From a candidate division WOR-3 bacterium (GTDB lineage Bacteria; Hydrothermota; Hydrothermia; LBFQ01), in contig JALUCS010000118.1 of NCBI GenBank assembly GCA_027050205.1, forward strand, positions 1 to 64,000: 64,000 bases of DNA, given 5' to 3'. This document shows positions 59,279-64,000 of this stretch, one piece after another (the first letter of the stretch is position 1; each line of letters opens with the position of its first letter). A program made the translations under genes and the position numbers. Under the pieces are notes generated by a model that saw nothing but the letters and a program-made list of their open reading frames with translations, made no database searches and had not been told where the DNA came from.

Positions 59279-60496
59279 TTGAAACACATCAGGGACCCGA
59301 TATACGCCGAGTTCGTAGAGTTGGACGACCTCGCCCTTAGGGTGGTATCCCACCCCTACTTCCAGAGGATGCGGCGGATAAAGCACCTCGGCCTCGCTCA
59401 CTACGTCTATCCGGGGGCCACCCACACCCGGTTCTCCCACATGCTCGGAGCCTACCACCTCGCCACCAAGTTCCTAAGGAACTTCAAGAGGAAGGGCTAC
59501 GATGTGGCGGAGCTTTACGACCCCATAAGGATGGCCGCCCTCCTCCACGACGTCGGCCACACCTCCCTATCCCATGCCCTTGAATTTACCGTCCTCCCCT
59601 TCCGCCACGAGGAGATGGGTAAGGCCATAATAAACCTGAAGTTCAGGGAGGTCCTCGGAGACTACCTGACGGAGCAGGTCCTGGCCATATACGACAGGAA
59701 GACGGAGCCTTTCGCCCGCGAGATGGTGGAGAGCCAGATGGACGTAGACCGCCTGGACTACCTCCGTAGGGACGCGTACTACTGCGGCGTAGATTACGGC
59801 CTCGTAGATGTTGAGAGGATAATCCAAACGAGCGAACTCTACCCCTCGCCCCAGGGCCGAACCCTCGTGATAGTGGAAAAGGGGATGTTTGCCGTTGAGA
59901 GCTACATAATAGCCCGCTACCTGATGTACTGGTCCGTATATTACCACAAGACCAACCTCGGCTTTCAGGCCCTCCTCTTCAGCCTATTCCGCAGGGCCAG
60001 GGAGGTATCCGGAGAGGTCTGGATGCCCGACCCCCTCCGCAGGGTCATGGGAGCAGCAACCCCGGAGGAGGCCGTTGAAGACTTCTACCGGGTGGATGAC
60101 CCCCTCGTCCTATACACGATGCACGTCTGGTCGGAGGGAAAGGACCCCATACTCGCCGACCTCTCCCACCGGATCCTCAACAGGAACCGCTTCAAGGCCA
60201 TAGAAATAACCGGACCCTTCATAGACACGTACGAGAGGCTGTCTAACGTGTGCGAGGATGTCGGCATGGACCCCCGCTACTACATCGTTGAGAGGACCCC
60301 GAAGGATGTGGCCTACTCCCCCTACGACCCCCACTCCGAAGAGCATATAAAGGTCCTAAAAGACGGCCGTCTGAAGGAGCTGTCCTCCGTTATGCCGACG
60401 GACACCCTCAAAAGCCTATCCCGTGAGGTGATGCGGAAGTACCTGTTCGTCCCCGAAGAGTGTTGGCACCGCTACCGATCCAGTTCCCTGCGGTAG
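59279..60496 (+). CDS. HD-domain phosphohydrolase (YdhJ/SAMHD1-like)
   Basis: DPIY, FQRMRRIK, HTRFSH, LLHDVGH, DVDRLDYL.RD. Confidence 0.92.
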   Translation: MKHIRDPIYAEFVELDDLALRVVSHPYFQRMRRIKHLGLAHYVYPGATHTRFSHMLGAYHLATKFLRNFKRKGYDVAELYDPIRMAALLHDVGHTSLSHALEFTVLPFRHEEMGKAIINLKFREVLGDYLTEQVLAIYDRKTEPFAREMVESQMDVDRLDYLRRDAYYCGVDYGLVDVERIIQTSELYPSPQGRTLVIVEKGMFAVESYIIARYLMYWSVYYHKTNLGFQALLFSLFRRAREVSGEVWMPDPLRRVMGAATPEEAVEDFYRVDDPLVLYTMHVWSEGKDPILADLSHRILNRNRFKAIEITGPFIDTYERLSNVCEDVGMDPRYYIVERTPKDVAYSPYDPHSEEHIKVLKDGRLKELSSVMPTDTLKSLSREVMRKYLFVPEECWHRYRSSSLR

Positions 60497-60990
60497 GGGA
60501 AGGTGCGGCGGTACCGGTACAGGATCCTCATCTGTATGTCCCGGAGCCTGTACTCCCCGTGGACGACGTCGTACACCCAACCGGCGAAGTTAAGGAACAT
60601 CCCCACACCGAATATACCGGCGTTAAGCCTTAAGGTGTTGGGGTCCAAACTCTCTATTGATCGTGGGACGCCGAAGTACATCACGTAGCCCATCATAGCG
60701 AATCCGAGGAGCCGAACGGTGGCGCTTATGAACCCCCCGGTGCGGTCGTAGGTGATGAAGTGTATGTACCCCGGCAGGAGGGTGGACCACATCCGATCCC
60801 AGTAGTCTATGCGGAGTTGGAGGTACTTGAAATCTTCATAAGTCATACTGTCGGGGAGGATGGGGAGGAGGTTATAGACGCCGAAGGTGTCCTCCACCAC
60901 CCTTAGGGAGTCCTTTACGACTATACGGACGTCTTTGGGAAAGGTTGGCGCTCGGACAACGCCGGAGATTGTCAGTAGGACGGTTAGCAT
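60472..60990 (-). CDS. Hypothetical membrane protein
   Basis: S.LLPG..HF followed by two TM helices. Confidence 0.65.
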   Translation of the reverse strand: MLTVLLTISGVVRAPTFPKDVRIVVKDSLRVVEDTFGVYNLLPILPDSMTYEDFKYLQLRIDYWDRMWSTLLPGYIHFITYDRTGGFISATVRLLGFAMMGYVMYFGVPRSIESLDPNTLRLNAGIFGVGMFLNFAGWVYDVVHGEYRLRDIQMRILYRYRRTFPYRRELDR

Positions 60991-60993
60991 CCC

Positions 60994-61881
60994 TTAGAGG
61001 CGGTAGATGTGGGCCTTCACCTCTTTGAAGCCGAGGTCCTTGACGAAACCGTGCTTTATGGCCGGGATCTCCAGGACGACGCCGGAGCGGGAGTACTCGT
61101 AGATGTACCTCCAGATGGTTAGCATACTTTCTTCTTCGGGGACGGTGTTTATTATGACGTATATTCCCCTGTCGGTGTCCAGCAGGACCATGTAGCCTAT
61201 GACCTTATCCCTCTTGCGGGCCTCTAGGATCCGCACGTCATCCCTGTGGGCGGCGAGGACGGACTTGAGGGCGAATTCCCTTTCGGGGGAGAGATTGTAG
61301 GAGAAGGTTAGGACATCGTCCAGCTTGGTGAAGTCGTGGAGCTCCACCGTCAGCCTCATCTTCTTCTTCATCCCCTCAAAGGCCGTTATGAAGGTCTTGG
61401 CCCTCTGACGGTAGAGGTGTTCAAGGGGGTCCCCCTTCAACTTAGTCCGGAGTATCCTAACGGTACTTATGGGGGTACCCATCTTTGAGACGTAGGTGTG
61501 GGTGGGGGAATCCTCCCGTATCGGTCCCACTATGACGTTGTCGTAGTTGGCCTTAGTGTAGTCCAGGAAGGCGTTTAGGACCTCACCCCGATGGGCGGGG
61601 TCTACGGAGAAGTCGGAGTACGGGGCGAATATGGGATCAAAGACTGGAAGTATGAGGGTTCCCCTGCTCCCGTAGTACGAGCCGGAGAAGTAGCCCAGGG
61701 GCTGCCCGTTGGAGACCATCCAGAAGCTCGGTTCCCCTCCGGTGTACTCGGCCGAGAGGATCGCCCACTTCGGAGATGCGAAGATCACCGTGTTAAGGCT
61801 CTTGCGATAGATCTCTTCCCACGGCTTGAGGTGTTCGTAGGCGTTTATCCTTTCAATCTCCAGCTTCATAGGTTTGAACAT
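60994..61881 (-). CDS. Hypothetical protein, GNAT/FemAB-like
   Basis: W..I......IFASP.W N-terminal pattern typical of cell-envelope GNAT proteins. Confidence 0.55.
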   Translation of the reverse strand: MFKPMKLEIERINAYEHLKPWEEIYRKSLNTVIFASPKWAILSAEYTGGEPSFWMVSNGQPLGYFSGSYYGSRGTLILPVFDPIFAPYSDFSVDPAHRGEVLNAFLDYTKANYDNVIVGPIREDSPTHTYVSKMGTPISTVRILRTKLKGDPLEHLYRQRAKTFITAFEGMKKKMRLTVELHDFTKLDDVLTFSYNLSPEREFALKSVLAAHRDDVRILEARKRDKVIGYMVLLDTDRGIYVIINTVPEEESMLTIWRYIYEYSRSGVVLEIPAIKHGFVKDLGFKEVKAHIYRL

Positions 61882-61919
61882 GTACGTTTATATTTTAAGG
61901 CTGAAGGGGGAGGGATGGC

Positions 61920-63056
61920 TCACAGGTGGACACCGAACCTCTCCGCGAACGCCCTCTTGAACTCTTCGGGTGAAGGGTGTTTCTGCAGCATCCGCCAGAT
62001 CTCTATCTTCTTGAGGGCCTGCGGTAGGTCCTTGGGCATACTCCTCATAGCACGGGTGACCAACCTATGCAGCTCGTCCATTTCCCTCTCGTAGGTGCGT
62101 CCGAACTCCTCCGGGGTTATCCTCCTCTCCTCACCGGACGGCGGAAGGAGGACGAGGGTATCCTTCCCCTCACGGTAGGCGAAGGTTATGCCGTACTGCC
62201 TACCTATGGCCTTTATTATCTCCTTAGGTAGCTCCTCGGCTGCATCCGTGTATAGGAGGGCGTAGATGACCTTCTTCAGATCCACCGTCAAAGCCCAAAC
62301 TTCCCGTCCCCTGATCCAAAACCGCACCAGAGCGAAGAGGGGGAAGAGGAGGGCGAAGGTCCCCCTGACGCCGATGAACTTCCGACGGACCCTCTCAAAC
62401 TCTCCCTGAAGGGGGGCGCCAAAGTCCTTCAGGGCCTTTAGAAAGCCGTACCTATCCTCCTCCCCCGGAACGTAGATTATGGAGAAGCCCATAGCCCTGA
62501 CCGGGAGGGTCACGTCCTCCTCACTTCTACCGACCTCTTCCCGCTCCGCCGGGAGATGCTGATGCTCACCTGCTATCAACGATAGGACCAAGCTCTTAGG
62601 AGGCGTTTCTGCCTCTTCCGAGGCGGAGGGCGGGGGGGATACCTTCCTCCTAAGTACGTCCAAAGCAAACATCTCGGCCACCTTCCAATCCTCCGCCTCC
62701 TCCACTTCAACTTCCACCTCCCACCCGCTCCGATTCGCCTCGGTTAGTACGGTCTTAAGAACGTTCTCGGTGTATTCTACGAGGTGTTGTAGATACCTCT
62801 CCCCGTACTTCTCTGCTGCTCTACGGAAGGCGTTTCCTCCCTCGGTTATCCACTTCTCTTCCCCTTTGTTGAACAGCCCTTCCCACCAGGGTTCCTTTAC
62901 CAGAAAACTGGTCGCGTAGAGGGGCTTTCCCCTGTACAGATACACCGTAAGGAGAGGATCGCCGAAGAGCTTCCTCTTAACGGCCATCAACCCACTCTTC
63001 CTGTCTTTTGCGAGTTCCCTTATAGCCCCCCCTATATCATCGTAAAGGGTCTTCAC
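61920..63056 (-). CDS. Hypothetical protein with a DUF4388/PatA_N-like N-terminus
   Basis: L...RKSG.M.V........VYL..G...YA pattern. Confidence 0.55.
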   Translation of the reverse strand: MKTLYDDIGGAIRELAKDRKSGLMAVKRKLFGDPLLTVYLYRGKPLYATSFLVKEPWWEGLFNKGEEKWITEGGNAFRRAAEKYGERYLQHLVEYTENVLKTVLTEANRSGWEVEVEVEEAEDWKVAEMFALDVLRRKVSPPPSASEEAETPPKSLVLSLIAGEHQHLPAEREEVGRSEEDVTLPVRAMGFSIIYVPGEEDRYGFLKALKDFGAPLQGEFERVRRKFIGVRGTFALLFPLFALVRFWIRGREVWALTVDLKKVIYALLYTDAAEELPKEIIKAIGRQYGITFAYREGKDTLVLLPPSGEERRITPEEFGRTYEREMDELHRLVTRAMRSMPKDLPQALKKIEIWRMLQKHPSPEEFKRAFAERFGVHL

Positions 63057-63105
63057 CGAACGGATATGTTAAAGCCGTTAACCTTCCGTATGGGGAAAGG
63101 ACCAA

Positions 63106-64000
63106 CTACCCCCTGGCCAGCTCTACGGCCATCTTTGCCCCCTCGGACATAGTCTCGGCCGTCTTCAGGGGCAGGCCGGACTCGGCCAGCATCTTCCGAC
63201 CTATCTCCTCGTTGGTGCCGGTCAGCCTCACCACCACGGGGACCCTAACGTCCATCGTCCTGAAGGCCTCTATGAGGCCGGCGGCTATGTCGTCGCAACG
63301 GGTTATTCCGCCGAAGATGTTTATGAAGACCACCTTCACGTTGGGGTCCCGCAGGATTATGTCCATGGCCTTCTTGACCTTCTCCGGGTTGGAGGAGCCT
63401 CCTACGTCAAGGAAGTTGGCCGGCTCACCGCCCCAGTACTTTATGACGTCCATAGTGGCCATGGCCAGACCGGCCCCGTTCACCATACACCCTATGTTCC
63501 CGTCAAGCTTCACGAAGGAGAGGCCAGCCTCCTTCGCCTCCTCCTCTTCGGGGTTGACGTAGTCCATGTCCTTGTACTGGAGGAGGTCCGGGTGGCGGAA
63601 GAGGGCGTTGTCGTCCAGTATAATCTTGGCATCCACGGCTACGAGGTCGTTGTCGCCGGTGACGACGAGGGGGTTTATCTCGGCGAGCTGGGCGTCCGTG
63701 GCGAAGTAGGCCTCGGAGAGCTTCTGGTATATCCCCGCCGCCTTCAGGGCGAGTTTGTTGTCCTCAAAGACGCTGAAGGCCAGTTCCCTCGCCTCGTAGG
63801 GCTTTAGGGGTTCGGTGATGTATCTCTTCACGATGGCTTCGGGTTTGGTCCGGGCTATCTCCTCTATATCCACGCCCCCCTCCTTGGAGGTTATGAAGAC
63901 GGCCTTAGAGGTGCGCCTGTCAAGGGTGACGCTGACGTAGTACTCCTTGGCTATGTCCACGGCCTCGGTTATCAGGATCTTCTTGACCTTTATGCCCTTT
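63106..64000 (-). CDS. sucC: Succinyl-CoA synthetase beta subunit (5' end outside the window)
   Basis: GGVDIEE, EINPL, DDNALFRH, NGAGLAMATMD, NIFGGI.RCD; the frame stays open to 64000. Confidence 0.96.
   Translation of the reverse strand, partial: KGIKVKKILITEAVDIAKEYYVSVTLDRRTSKAVFITSKEGGVDIEEIARTKPEAIVKRYITEPLKPYEARELAFSVFEDNKLALKAAGIYQKLSEAYFATDAQLAEINPLVVTGDNDLVAVDAKIILDDNALFRHPDLLQYKDMDYVNPEEEEAKEAGLSFVKLDGNIGCMVNGAGLAMATMDVIKYWGGEPANFLDVGGSSNPEKVKKAMDIILRDPNVKVVFINIFGGITRCDDIAAGLIEAFRTMDVRVPVVVRLTGTNEEIGRKMLAESGLPLKTAETMSEGAKMAVELARG

Overview
This is gene-dense, GC-rich bacterial chromosomal DNA. The proteins are E/K/R-rich, which suggests a thermophile. A T9SS-like C-terminal domain and a PorX-type regulator point to an FCB-related lineage such as candidate division WOR-3; this is inference only. 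About 60 CDSs and one tRNA-Leu(TAG) are supportable. Housekeeping genes include panC, ispE, thiC, rsmA, gap, nuoM, gmk, rpsN-rpsH-rplF-rplR-rpsE-rpmD-mreB-mreC, rnpA, sfsA, lysC, sppA, fhs and sucC. An accessory-looking block at about 0.8-14 kb holds a radical SAM fusion, a coiled-coil repeat protein, an Mre11/Rad50-type SbcDC pair, ORFans and nucleases. A DpnII-like restriction-modification pair is inserted at about 52-53.7 kb. The most notable observations are: (1) a phage-type radical SAM domain fused to an N-terminal 'ETNSS..H' domain, possibly an undescribed enzyme-partner system; (2) a dense array of TGTCTAA boxes, including two 16-bp palindromes, upstream of porX; (3) many apparently exported proteins with ultra-short, uncharged N-terminal signals; (4) pervasive TANNNT boxes 6-9 nt before start codons (leaderless genes), together with heavily fragmented operons; (5) strong TCGA avoidance. 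No CRISPR array, rRNA, transposase or integrase was seen. All family assignments come from motif recognition by eye, not database searches.
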